Origin: Spirochaetaceae bacterium
Lineage (GTDB): Bacteria > Spirochaetota > Spirochaetia > DSM-27196 > PWMO01
Assembly (NCBI GenBank): GCA_046541715.1
Contig: JBKHCS010000002.1
Coordinates: 28,380 to 92,379, forward strand
Length of the DNA: 64,000 nucleotides
Direction of reading: 5' to 3'
Shown here in pieces: positions 46,586 to 56,600 of this stretch; position 1 is the first letter of the stretch, and every line of letters begins with the position of its first letter. The position numbers and the translations under genes were made by a program. The notes under the pieces are model-generated. The model did not search any database. It saw only the letters and a list, made by a program, of their open reading frames with translations, and was not told the origin of the DNA.

Positions 46586-47611
46586 CTACAGCTTGTTATA
46601 CACCCCGCGAGAGCTTCGAGAAATCCCCTTTTCGAACTCGAAGTACATACCGGCACCGAGTGCCACGCAATTCAGGGGATCCTCGGCCTTAAAGCAGGGG
46701 ACTCCGGTTTCGTTGGCGATAAGGGTATCGAGTCCTTTCAGAAGGGATCCTCCGCCGGTCATCACGATGCCGCGTTCTACGATGTCCGCCGCGAGTTCCG
46801 GTGGCGTCTGCCCCAAGGTGCGCTTAATCTCTTCCACAACGGCGGTAATCGGTTCCTGGAGAGCCTCCCGGACTTCGACGCTGTCGATTTCCAACCGGCG
46901 AGGTAACCCGGTAATGGCGTCGGTCCCCTTGATCTCCATCTTCTCGATCTTTTTGTCCGGAGACGCGTTACCGATTTTGGTCTTGAGGTGTTCCGCGGTC
47001 CCCTCCCCGATGATCAAGTTGTGGACCGTTCGCACGTGCTTCATGATGGCTTCGTCGAACTCGTCGCCACCGAGGCGAATCGCGTTGGTTACGACCATAC
47101 CGCCGAGAGAGATAACCGAGATCTCGCTCGTCCCGCCTCCGATGTCCACGACCATGTGTCCCGCGGGCTCGAAGATGGGGATATTAGCGCCGATGGCGGC
47201 GGCGAGGGATTCTTCGATAACTTTGACTTCCCGGGCACCGGCCTTATAGGCGCTCTCCTCGACCGCCCGCCTCTCGACCTCGGTAATGCAGGAAGGGACC
47301 CCGATGACCATCCGGGGTTTCACGAACCAGCGACGGCTCAGGACTTTAGAGATAAAGTAGCGGATCATCCGTTCGGTGGTTTCGAGGTCGGCGATTACCC
47401 CGTCTCGGAGGGGCCGGATAGCTATAATGTCACCCGGGGTCTTCCAGAGCATTCGCTTGGCCTCTTCGCCGACGGCAACAACCTTCTTCGTTCCCCTCTC
47501 CACCGCGACGACCGAAGGCTCGCTTATGACGATACCGCGACCGCGAATGTAGATGAGCGTGTTGCAGGTTCCAAGATCAACTCCGATATCGTTCGAAAAG
47601 GCTCCAAACAT
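46586..47611 (-). CDS. mreB: rod shape-determining protein MreB
   Basis: Actin-fold motifs [17 protein letters not shown] and [11 protein letters not shown]. Confidence 0.97.
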   Translation of the reverse strand: MFGAFSNDIGVDLGTCNTLIYIRGRGIVISEPSVVAVERGTKKVVAVGEEAKRMLWKTPGDIIAIRPLRDGVIADLETTERMIRYFISKVLSRRWFVKPRMVIGVPSCITEVERRAVEESAYKAGAREVKVIEESLAAAIGANIPIFEPAGHMVVDIGGGTSEISVISLGGMVVTNAIRLGGDEFDEAIMKHVRTVHNLIIGEGTAEHLKTKIGNASPDKKIEKMEIKGTDAITGLPRRLEIDSVEVREALQEPITAVVEEIKRTLGQTPPELAADIVERGIVMTGGGSLLKGLDTLIANETGVPCFKAEDPLNCVALGAGMYFEFEKGISRSSRGVYNKL

Positions 47612-47642
47612 AGTGCCGTGTTCCTTCTATTGCGAGATAAAG

Positions 47643-48602
47643 CTACCGTCCCCGGAGGGAACGAAGCGCCTCTTCGTGATTAGGATCGATAGAGATAGCC
47701 TGTCTCCATTCGAAACGGGCTCTCTCCTCGTCGTTCCGGGCCTGGTACACCAAGCCCAACCGATAGTGGGCGTCGGCGGCGCGACCGTTGTTCGCCAGGA
47801 TTTCGCGATACTGTTCCTCCGCCTCGTCAAGTTTGCCTTGTTCAAGTAGAAGCGCTCCAAGACCGTACCGGGCCTCCTGTTCGAGGAAAGAATCCGTCGT
47901 CGCGGAAATCGCGCCGGAGAACTTCTCCTGCGCCTCCGGATAATCACCCACTCTCCGGTACAGCTGCCCGAGGGTCAACAAAATCAGATCCGAAGGGTTT
48001 CGCCCGAGGGCCTCTTCTAGGCTTCGAATACTGTCCTCGTACCGCCCTAACGTCTCGTACGCAAGGGAAAGGTACTCATATGAATCGTCGGCAACATAGC
48101 CGGCTTCTATAGCCTGTTCCATGTATTCCACGACCAGATCATGATAGAAAGGCCCCCGATGGAAGTAGCTCTTCGCGAGAACGTAGCTGACCTCTCCGTA
48201 GGCCGGTGGCCGGTCGAGGAGGAGCGCCCGACGGAGATGACGCGTCGCACCGGCGAGGTCGCTTTCGCGATTGTCCCGATCTACCTCGTTGACCCCCTGG
48301 TAGAAATGCGCGAAGCCCGCAAAGACCAACCCCTGAGGATCGAGGGGCGCCGTCGAGAAGATCTCCTCGGCGGCCTCGAGGACTTCTTCGTACCGCCCCG
48401 CCTCCCAGGCCTCCCTCAGGGATATCTCAGATTCCCCGGAAGACACGCCCGGTGCTTGCATCCGGGAGGAGAAGAGCAAGAGGGCTCCGCCAAGGAGGAG
48501 ACCCCCGACGAGAAGCAATAGTGGTCCTGGAAACCTGCCCATTGGACCGCGTGTCGACAAGCCGGTGCGGGTGCTGAGTCGTGACATACGTACTCGGGCC
48601 AT
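47643..48602 (-). CDS. membrane-anchored TPR protein upstream of mreB
   Basis: N-terminal TM (LLLLVGGLLLGGALLLF), then TPR repeats ending in DAHYRLGLVYQARNDEERARFEWRQAISIDPNHEEA. The start may instead be the ATG at 48587. Confidence 0.65.
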   Translation of the reverse strand: MARVRMSRLSTRTGLSTRGPMGRFPGPLLLLVGGLLLGGALLLFSSRMQAPGVSSGESEISLREAWEAGRYEEVLEAAEEIFSTAPLDPQGLVFAGFAHFYQGVNEVDRDNRESDLAGATRHLRRALLLDRPPAYGEVSYVLAKSYFHRGPFYHDLVVEYMEQAIEAGYVADDSYEYLSLAYETLGRYEDSIRSLEEALGRNPSDLILLTLGQLYRRVGDYPEAQEKFSGAISATTDSFLEQEARYGLGALLLEQGKLDEAEEQYREILANNGRAADAHYRLGLVYQARNDEERARFEWRQAISIDPNHEEALRSLRGR

Positions 48603-48630
48603 TTAACACGAGTTGGTGGCACTAGGTCAA
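48601..48630 (-). promoter_or_regulatory. weak candidate promoter for the TPR-mreB operon
   Basis: On the minus strand: TTGACC (48630-48625), an 18-nt spacer, then TTAAAT (48606-48601). The -10 overlaps the first ATG, which implies either the downstream ATG at 48587 with a very short leader, or read-through transcription. Confidence 0.25.
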
Positions 48631-48635
48631 TGATG

Positions 48636-48662
48636 CAAAAGACCCCGGTGAATACACCGGGG
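48636..48662 (-). terminator. intrinsic terminator downstream of rnpB
   Basis: On the minus strand: CCCCGGTG, loop TATT, CACCGGGG (48662-48643), followed by TCTTTTG. Confidence 0.6.
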
Positions 48663-48667
48663 CCATA

Positions 48668-49036
48668 AGATGTGCGGATCTATAAGCCGGGTTCTGTAGC
48701 CGAAAGGCTGGTTGTCATCTATCTGAGCGACCTACCCGCGGCTGTTTGGCGAGCAACCCTAAACCGCTGCTTGGTCTTGCTCCGGGCAAGGTTTACCCTG
48801 CGAAAGCGGTTACCCGCTTTCCGGTGGGCTCTTACCCCACCTTTTCACCCTTACCTGATCCTTTCGTCATGGACGCTAAGATTAGGCGGTATGTTTTCTG
48901 TGGCACTATCTCGCCGGGGAGCCGCTTCGTGGAAGCTGTCCCCCGGGCCGGGGGTTACCCGGTGCCCTGCTCTGCGGAGCCCGGACTTTCCTCTCCGGAG
49001 GTCTCCCCCCGGAGCGACAACCCGATCCGCACACCG
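48668..49036 (-). ncRNA. rnpB: RNase P RNA, bacterial type A
   Basis: The minus strand carries GAGAGGAAAGTCCGGGCTCC, GGTAAGGGTGAAAAGGTGGGGTAAGAGCCCACC, CCCGGAGCAAGACCAA, GGGTAGGTCGCT, AGATAGATGAC and ACAGAACCCGGCTTAT in the canonical order. The P1 helix is GTGCGGATC (5' end) paired with GATCCGCAC (3' end). Ends are accurate to +/- 5 nt. Confidence 0.92.
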
Positions 49037-49048
49037 TTTTCTTCCTGA

Positions 49049-50125
49049 TTATTCCTCTTCTTCGTCTTCGTCCTCGTCTTCGTCCTCGTCGAATTCGTCG
49101 TCCTCGTCGTCGTCTTCGAGGTCGTCTTCCTCTTCTTCGTCGTCGGAAAAGTCGCCCGCCGGTTCTTCGTCGTCCTCATCCTCGTCGTCGAACTCTTCTT
49201 CCTCAGCCTCTTCGTCGTCTTCCCCTTCGTCGTCCGGATGGATTTCGTCCTCTTCCTCGACATCTTCTTCGTCGTCCCCTTCGTTCATTTCCAGGGGCTC
49301 TTCGTCGAGAATACTGTCCAGATCGAAGCCATCCTCGTCTTCCTCGACAAAGGATTCGATTACATCCGCAAGGCTCTCGCTCTCTTCGTCGGAAACGAGT
49401 GCGTCCTCATCGGTATCGACGTAGAAGACGATCTTGCTGCAATAGGGACAGAAAAGAATGGATTCTCCGGCGCGGACGTCGTTTACGAATTGGTTTGGGA
49501 GAATCATCTGGCACCCGGTGCAGACGCCTTTTCGGAGGGGCACGATGCCCTCCCCCTCTTTGCTCCGGAGAATCCGCTCGAACTTGAACAGAAGCTCCTC
49601 GTCGAGCCCGGGGGTAAGGCCGTTCTCGTCCTTCTTGAGCTCTTTGAGCTGCTTCTCTTTGGACTCGGTTTCGCTCTTGATCTTTTTCTGTTCTTCTTGG
49701 AGCTCTTCTTCCTGTTGCTTGATCAGATTCTCTTCCCGCTCGAGGCCCTCGGACATCTCTTGGAGAATCCGCTCCTCCCGCTGAAGATCTTTCCGGAGTG
49801 TCTGTTCCCTCTCGGATGCCTCCCGAATCTCCTTATCGAGGGCTTCATACTCCCGTTGAGTCTTGATGAGGTCCATCTGCTGCTCGTATCGCTCCCGCTC
49901 CCGTTCGGCCTCGAGCATGCGTTCCCGAAGCTCGGCGATGCGTTGACGGGTCGCCTCGTACTCTTCGTTCTTTTCGATATAAGACCGTTTCATGCGATTT
50001 ACGAGCTCGGTCTTCGTCGAGAGAGACTTGGGGAGATTCTTTATCTCCGCTTCGATTTCAAAGCGCTTTGAAAGGACTTCCTGAAGGCCTTTGAGCTTCT
50101 CGATAATGTCCTGTACCACCTGCAT
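49049..50125 (-). CDS. C4 zinc-ribbon coiled-coil protein (COG1579/DUF164-like) with a ~120-aa poly-acidic tail
   Basis: A long E/R/K heptad-rich N-terminal region, then CTGCQM...(18 aa)...CPYCSK. The tail is extremely acidic: by my count 62 of the last 78 residues are D or E. Confidence 0.8.
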   Translation of the reverse strand: MQVVQDIIEKLKGLQEVLSKRFEIEAEIKNLPKSLSTKTELVNRMKRSYIEKNEEYEATRQRIAELRERMLEAERERERYEQQMDLIKTQREYEALDKEIREASEREQTLRKDLQREERILQEMSEGLEREENLIKQQEEELQEEQKKIKSETESKEKQLKELKKDENGLTPGLDEELLFKFERILRSKEGEGIVPLRKGVCTGCQMILPNQFVNDVRAGESILFCPYCSKIVFYVDTDEDALVSDEESESLADVIESFVEEDEDGFDLDSILDEEPLEMNEGDDEEDVEEEDEIHPDDEGEDDEEAEEEEFDDEDEDDEEPAGDFSDDEEEEDDLEDDDEDDEFDEDEDEDEDEEEE

Positions 50126-50131
50126 TCTCCG

Positions 50132-51865
50132 TTATTGGTTGTCCAGATAATCCTTGAGGCGCCGGCTGCGTTTCGGATGCCGGAGCCGCCGGAGTGCCTT
50201 TGCTTCAATCTGTCGTATACGTTCTCGAGTAACGTTGAAGTAGAGCCCAACCTCTTCCAGAGTCAGGGAGTAACCGTCCTCGAGCCCGAAGCGCATTTTT
50301 AGCACTTCTTGCTCCCGTGCGGGAAGAGTAGAAAGCACGCTTCTCAGTTGTTCCTGCAAGAGGGTGAAGGCCGTTTGGTGGGCCGGATTCTCCACGTCTT
50401 TGTCTTCGATAAAGTCGCCGAGGAGGGAGTCTTCCTCTTCGCCGATGGGCGTCTCCAGGGAGATCGGTTCCCGGGCGACGTTCTTGACCGACTTGACCCG
50501 GCTTACGGTCCACCCCAGACGGTCTGCAATCTCTTCGTCGTTCGGCTCCCGCCCGAGCATCTGCATAAGCTGCCGTGATTCCCGGACCACCTTGTTGATC
50601 TGCTCGATCATATGGACCGGAACGCGAATCGTCCGGGCCTGGTCCGAGATGGAACGGGTAATCGCCTGGCGGATCCACCACGTGGCGTAGGTGGAGAACT
50701 TGTACCCCTTCCGGTATTCGAACTTCTCTACCGCTTTTATCAGACCGATATTACCCTCTTGTACGAGGTCGAAGAAGTGGAGCCCTCTGTTGGTATACTT
50801 TTTCGCGATGCTGACGACCAGTCGAAGGTTGGCTTTGATAAGCCGATCCTTCGCGGTTTGCATCATAACTTTGCCTCGGCTTATCTCCTCCGACATATGA
50901 AGGATTTCGTCGATAGTGTTCTCGAACTCCACTTCGAGGGACCGTAGGCGCTTGTCGGTCATCTGAATCTGGCGGATCTTCTCTTTTATCTGATCAGCCG
51001 TCAATCCGAGCTCGTTCTCTATCTTCTGGCGTTGGCCGCTTATCGCGAGACCCCGGCCAAGGGAGCGGAGTTGTCGAAGAGTACCGACGCGGAGCCGCTT
51101 TTCTATCCGGGACTGCTCCTGCTGGTATCGGCCGATTTTTCGCGAGGCCGAGAGAAACCGTTCGGAAAAGCTCAGGATCTCCTCGGGATGGAGCTCGACT
51201 TCCCGCAGCTCCTTGAGGAGCTTTGCCCGTTGCTTTTCGAGGGAGTCGTCTTCGAAGAAATTCTCGCCCTTGGCGACGATCCTGCTCTTCTCTTCGTTGT
51301 ACTGACGGAGTCGCGGAAGAACATCCTTTAGAATGTCCCGGTAGAGGGCGTTCAAGCGACGACGATCCGCGAGGAACTCCGAGATCTCCTTCTTGGAGAG
51401 ATTCATTTCCCGGGGATCTCGTTTGGAGAATGCACGCTGCCCGAGCTCTACGAATTGCGGGATGAGAATTCCGGAGCTTCGGACGACCTCCTTGATGATG
51501 TTCTCACCGTCCTCCATCTGCTTGGAGAGCTCGACTTCCTGCTCCGCGGTAAGGAGGTTCTCCTTTCCGATTTCTCGCAAGTAGAGACGGATCGGGTCGT
51601 CTACCGAGCCATCCTTGTCGTTGACGACTATTCGGCGCTTTCGGTCCTTCTTCGGGACTTCCGCAGCCTCCGGTTCGGATGAGACGTCTTCCTCTTCGAG
51701 AGTAACGTTGTGCTTCGCTAAGATGGAGATGACTTCCTCAATCTTTTCGGAATTAACTATCGAATCCGGCAAAAAATCGTTTACTTCGTCATAACTTACG
51801 CTCGATTTGTTTCGGGCATAGTCTATGAGGCGAAGAATTGCGGGATCATTTTGTAGTTCCGTCAT
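50132..51865 (-). CDS. rpoD: RNA polymerase sigma factor RpoD
   Basis: Region 2-4 motifs ([62 protein letters not shown]). The ATG at 51865 overlaps the dnaG end by 20 nt. The GTG at 51871 is also possible. Confidence 0.96.
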   Translation of the reverse strand: MTELQNDPAILRLIDYARNKSSVSYDEVNDFLPDSIVNSEKIEEVISILAKHNVTLEEEDVSSEPEAAEVPKKDRKRRIVVNDKDGSVDDPIRLYLREIGKENLLTAEQEVELSKQMEDGENIIKEVVRSSGILIPQFVELGQRAFSKRDPREMNLSKKEISEFLADRRRLNALYRDILKDVLPRLRQYNEEKSRIVAKGENFFEDDSLEKQRAKLLKELREVELHPEEILSFSERFLSASRKIGRYQQEQSRIEKRLRVGTLRQLRSLGRGLAISGQRQKIENELGLTADQIKEKIRQIQMTDKRLRSLEVEFENTIDEILHMSEEISRGKVMMQTAKDRLIKANLRLVVSIAKKYTNRGLHFFDLVQEGNIGLIKAVEKFEYRKGYKFSTYATWWIRQAITRSISDQARTIRVPVHMIEQINKVVRESRQLMQMLGREPNDEEIADRLGWTVSRVKSVKNVAREPISLETPIGEEEDSLLGDFIEDKDVENPAHQTAFTLLQEQLRSVLSTLPAREQEVLKMRFGLEDGYSLTLEEVGLYFNVTRERIRQIEAKALRRLRHPKRSRRLKDYLDNQ

Positions 51866-53612
51866 TAACACGCACCCTTAACTTTTCCAACTCGGCGTCC
51901 AAGAACATTTTTTCTTGTAGTAACTCGTCGAGAGTATTCTGATCATCGGCAAAACCGCCGGACTTTAAGGCACTCTCCACCTTTTTTCGCCGCCGGTTGA
52001 GCGTCTGTCCCCGAAGTCGATAGACCGCGTCCCGGACAACCTTCTCGGGGTCGGAAGTAAACTCTTCCCCCGAGGCCCGAGCCGCGACGACCGTCCGGAG
52101 GGCTTCGTCGTCGAGTCGGGAAAGAACGACCTCGAGGCGGGTTGTGCCCCGGCGATATCCATCCTCCAAAACCGCGTAGAGCTCCCGGGCCTCCGGTGAC
52201 TCGAGATCCTCGGAGGTTACCCACCGGCGAAAAAAGCCAAATTGCTCAAGGTTCGCCGCTGCGGCTACCATGGCCCGGAGGTCCAAGGGAAGCTCATCGG
52301 TTTCCCCTTTCGCTTCCGGGGTATGGATATCTCTCTCCCGGCCCTTCGCACGCTCGATGTCTCGAATAATCGAAGAAAGCTGTACGTTTAGCCTGTCGGC
52401 AAGCGCCGATAAAGTGGACTCCCTACGAACTGCAGAATTTATACTGTTAATATATGGTAAGAGTTCGGTTAATACAAATTCTTTGCCCTGTGGCGTTTCC
52501 GCGTTTACCTTGTCGATCACCGTGTCGAGGAGAGTTTGAAACACGTCGAGGTCGAAAGATAGTGCATTTTGCAGCTCCCGTACACCGCCGGAGCGCAGAA
52601 TATCCGCCGGATCTTGTCCCGGAGGCAGTTTTACGGTGCGTGCCGCAAGCCCCGCCGCTTCCGCCACCCCGGCTCCCCGGGCGAGGGCCTTTGCCCCGGC
52701 TTCGTCGGCATCGAATACGATGACGACCTCGTCACAGAGCCGGCGAATTACCCGGGCCTGGTCTTCGGTAAAGGCGGTGCCGAGGGGTGCGATGACGTTC
52801 TCGATACCTGCCTCGTGGAATGCGAGTACGTCGGTATACCCCTCGACCAGAAACGCCCGGCGCTCCTTCCTGAGCGCCGCATTTCCCTCGAAGAGCCCAT
52901 AGAGGAGGGAGCGCTTCTTAAAGAGGGAAGACTCGGGGCTATTGAGGTACTTCGGCCCTTCCTCCTTCAGGCGCCGGCCCCCGAAGGCAACGACATCTCC
53001 CGAATTGGACCGAATCGGAAAGACCAAGCGGTCGGCGAAGAGCGATCGCCTGGGGTTCGCCTGGGTAAAAAGACCCGCCTTATCGAGGGTGTCGTCATCG
53101 TATCCCTTCGAGGAGAGAAAGCGGTGGAGCCAGAAGGGGTCAGCCGGGGCGTACCCGAGTTGAAACCGCTTGATAACCGCTTCGGTGTGTCCTCGCTCCT
53201 CGAGATAGCCCCGGGCGTTTCCGCCCTGGGGAGTCTCGGTCAGAAAGTAGTGAAAGCTTCGGGCGATCCGGTTTAGAACTTCCCGGACGCTCTTGGTTCC
53301 TTCGTCTTCCGGGGAGCTCTCGGTAGCGACCTCGACTCCGTAGCGCTTCCCCAGAAACTCTACGGCTTCCGGAAAGGTCAGGCGCTCCATCTCCATGATA
53401 AAGTTGAAGATGGAACCGCCCTTGTTGCTGCTGAAGCAGTAGTAGAGCCCCTTCTCGGGACTCACGGAGAAGGAGGGCGTCTTCTCGTGGGTGAAGGGAC
53501 TCAAACCCCAGTAACGGCCTCCCCGTTTCTTGAGGCTTACGTAGTTTCCCACCACCTCGACGATATCGGCTTTTCGAGATATCTCTTCTATGACGCCGTC
53601 GGGTATCCTCAA
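51846..53612 (-). CDS. dnaG: DNA primase DnaG with a degenerate zinc-ribbon motif
   Basis: HEKTPSFSV motif, RNAP-basic region, and TOPRIM ([26 protein letters not shown]). Confidence 0.93.
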   Translation of the reverse strand: MRIPDGVIEEISRKADIVEVVGNYVSLKKRGGRYWGLSPFTHEKTPSFSVSPEKGLYYCFSSNKGGSIFNFIMEMERLTFPEAVEFLGKRYGVEVATESSPEDEGTKSVREVLNRIARSFHYFLTETPQGGNARGYLEERGHTEAVIKRFQLGYAPADPFWLHRFLSSKGYDDDTLDKAGLFTQANPRRSLFADRLVFPIRSNSGDVVAFGGRRLKEEGPKYLNSPESSLFKKRSLLYGLFEGNAALRKERRAFLVEGYTDVLAFHEAGIENVIAPLGTAFTEDQARVIRRLCDEVVIVFDADEAGAKALARGAGVAEAAGLAARTVKLPPGQDPADILRSGGVRELQNALSFDLDVFQTLLDTVIDKVNAETPQGKEFVLTELLPYINSINSAVRRESTLSALADRLNVQLSSIIRDIERAKGRERDIHTPEAKGETDELPLDLRAMVAAAANLEQFGFFRRWVTSEDLESPEARELYAVLEDGYRRGTTRLEVVLSRLDDEALRTVVAARASGEEFTSDPEKVVRDAVYRLRGQTLNRRRKKVESALKSGGFADDQNTLDELLQEKMFLDAELEKLRVRVNDGTTK

Positions 53613-53622
53613 CGTCCCCCCG

Positions 53623-56600
53623 TCAACGAATAAGGATAAACTCGACCCGACGGTTCTTCCACCGCTCCTCCAGATTCGTGTGAGGTACGATCGGCTCCGT
53701 ACCCCCGCGGCCGAGAACGCTGAGACGTCGGGGGCTCAGGCCCTCGTCTATCAGGGCGTCCCGGACCGACTCCGCCCGGGCCCGGGAGAGGGGCTGGAGC
53801 TCTTCTCGCTCTTCCCGCTCGGTGCCGGTAACGTTTACCGCGTGTCCCTCGACCCGGATGTCGTAGTCGTCGTATTTCGTAAAGACCTCCACGAGACGCC
53901 GGAGAATAGCCCGGTTCTTGGCTCCTCGCTCGTCGGTGGGATCGAGAAGCAATTCCGGACTGTCGGGCTCGAAGGTAATATTCGAAATCTGTACCTTGAG
54001 TCGGTCACCGTCCCGGACGACCAGAATATCGACGGGTATCATCCCTTCGATCCGCCGGACGTTTCCAAGCGCATCGGAGATCGAGAACTCGTAGGGGTAG
54101 TCCTCGGCGGAGATGACAAGCTCTCCGTTCTGCGCTCGACCGTCCCAGATAAGCCGGTCGGCGGGCATGCCACGTCCGGAGAACTCCGTAAAGAAGGAGT
54201 CATTCCGGTCGAGAATCTCGAGCTGCCATCCCTGGATGGGACTTGCGTCGGTAACGTCGATAAATATGTTCAGTTCGTCGTCGACGCCGTCGTTGTCCGG
54301 CGAAAAGGGAACCGGCTCGAGGTCGATCGACACATTCGGCGGGGTAATATCGAGCTCGAAGGGTGTCGTTCTCCCGGTGGGCCTATTGCCTTTGGCGTAC
54401 TCGACTACGAACTCGGCGGTGTAGGAGCCCTCCACCCGTCTGCCGTCGTCGCTTCTGCCGTCCCAGACGATCGTATTCGTCGCTAAGAGGGTGTCGCCCT
54501 CAAAGGTCCGGATAGCCCCTTCGGTCTCGTGGATCATCGAGAGGCGCCAGTCGTCGATGCCGTCGAGGACGTTCGCGTAGACGGAGAGTTCGATCTCGTC
54601 TACGACGCCGTCGTTATTCGGGGAAAAACCCGTCTTATCCGCGGTTACGAAAACGTTGGTCGGCCGGGTGTCCAGGGTTATCGCCGGAGAACGCCATTCG
54701 GTACTGTTCCCGGCTTCGTCGGACGCGGTGATGACGTAGGTATAAGTCCCGTCGGGAACCCGGTTTCCCGATTCGTCGGTCCCGTCCCAGGCGACATCCG
54801 TGACCTCTCCCTTCCAGAAGTAGGATCGCAAGACGCTCCCCTGCGCGTTTACTATCCGCGCCTCCCAGAGAGGCTCGTCCGTCGAGCTCTGCTCAATCCG
54901 GACCGTGTCCTTCCGGCCGTCCCCGTCCGGGGAAAAGAGGTCGGTCGACACGCTTGCGTCGACCCTCGGGGGAACCGTATCCACGACGAAGAAGTCCGTC
55001 TCCGCCTCTTCGACGTTCCCGTTGCGGTAGGTCACCGTTATGTCGCTTCGATAGCGGCCGTCTGGTACCGTGAGCCCTGCCTCATCCTCACCGTTCCAGG
55101 AAAAGGGTTCCCGGATCGGCTGGTTTCCCCGCGTCGTCCGGACGACGTTTCCGGCGGCGTTCCGTACGCGGAACTCGTAGCTGACGATGTCATCGTTCCG
55201 CAGTATCTGGGGGAATATCCGAATACGGTCCCGTGTCCCGTCGGCGTTCGGGGAGAAGGCGTCGAACTCGGCGGAGATTATTACCTCGGTTTCGCCGGTG
55301 TCGATCTCCAAGCCGATCGGAGCCGACCGGCCGGTGTTGCCGGCCCGGTCCGTGGCTGTCAGTCGGTAAGAGTACTCTCCGTCGGGTGCCGGCCGGCCGT
55401 CGGTCTGCCGGCCGTCCCAGGTAATGGTGGCCTCGACGTTCTCCCGCCACTCGTACCGCCGGACGACGTTGCCGAGACTGTCACGAATTTCACCGACCCA
55501 GAGCTCCTCTTCGGTAGCTTCCTGGAAGATGCGAACCCGGTCCCGTTGACCGTCGCCGTCGGGAGAGAAGACGCTGAAGTCGGACCGGACGGTTGCCGAC
55601 GGGGGTGTTAGATCTATAACAAAAGACGGCGATGTCTCGACCGGACGGCTGCCGTTCTGGTAACGGACGGTAAGCCGGCCACGGTAGGAGTCCTCGGGCA
55701 ACCGGTCTCCTTCGTCGTCCCGTCCGTCGAAGGAAACGGTCTCCGGCGGCGTCCGGAGGCCGGAATAGCGCCGAACCGATTCGCCCGCCGAATTCTCTAT
55801 ATCGACGGTCCAATCGACGATACCAGCGGTAACCGGGATATCGAGGTCGAGTACCACCGTATCGGCGACACCGTCGGCGTTGGGAGAAAAATGGCTCCGG
55901 TCGATCGAGAGGCGCACCGGAGTCGGCACCGTGTTGACGATGATGTTATCCAACCCGGTTTCGAATTCGTTTCCCGCCCGGTCCCGGCTCGAAAGACGAT
56001 AACGGTAAACCCCGTCGGGAACCACCTCGCCCTGTCCGTCCTGACCGTCCCACCGCACCGCCTCCGGTGCGGCGTCGAGCCACTCGTATTCCCGAAGGAC
56101 GTTTCCTTCGTTGTCCAGGAACTCACCTTTCCACCGAAGCTCGACGGATCCCGACTGGTCGAGCGGAAGCACATCCTTTCTGCCGTCACCGTCGGGAGAG
56201 AAGATGCGGTCTTCCTGCGTCAGGCGCTCGATCTCGGCCGAGGGAGGGGTGTTGTCCAGGGTGACCTCGTACGGGCCCTCTTCGGCGGCATTGCCGTTGT
56301 CGTCCCAGGCCTCCACCGAGAAGCGATAGAGTCCATCCGGCGCCACCGCTCCACCGTCGGTCCGTCCGCCCCACCGGAAGGTCTCGGGGATGGGTATCCC
56401 CTCCTCGACCGCGAGAAGGCGTTGTACGATGTTCTCGAGGGTACGATTCTCCGGGCGGTCTTCCTTATTGCGGATTTCCCGAACCAACTCCCCGTCGGAG
56501 TTATAGATCGAGAACCGGTATCCCATGACGTACCGCTCGTCGACAATCGAGACTGGGAACTCCAGGGCGTCCTGCACTCCGTCGTTGTTCGGAGAGAAAT

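Noticed and set aside
48617-48633. TGGCAC hexamer considered as a sigma54 -24 element (another copy at 48901-48906)
   Set aside because: The sequence 5 nt downstream is CAATG or CGCC rather than TTGC(A/T). The second hit lies inside rnpB on the wrong strand. I found no convincing GG-N10-GC promoter by eye anywhere in the window.
48672-49424. 250-aa plus-strand ORF (with the nested 48746-49048 ORF) ending in poly-Ser
   Set aside because: Its 5' half lies over RNase P RNA, which is recognisable on the minus strand. Its 3' half is the antisense of the GAR-rich acidic-tail codons, hence poly-Ser. It is not a gene.
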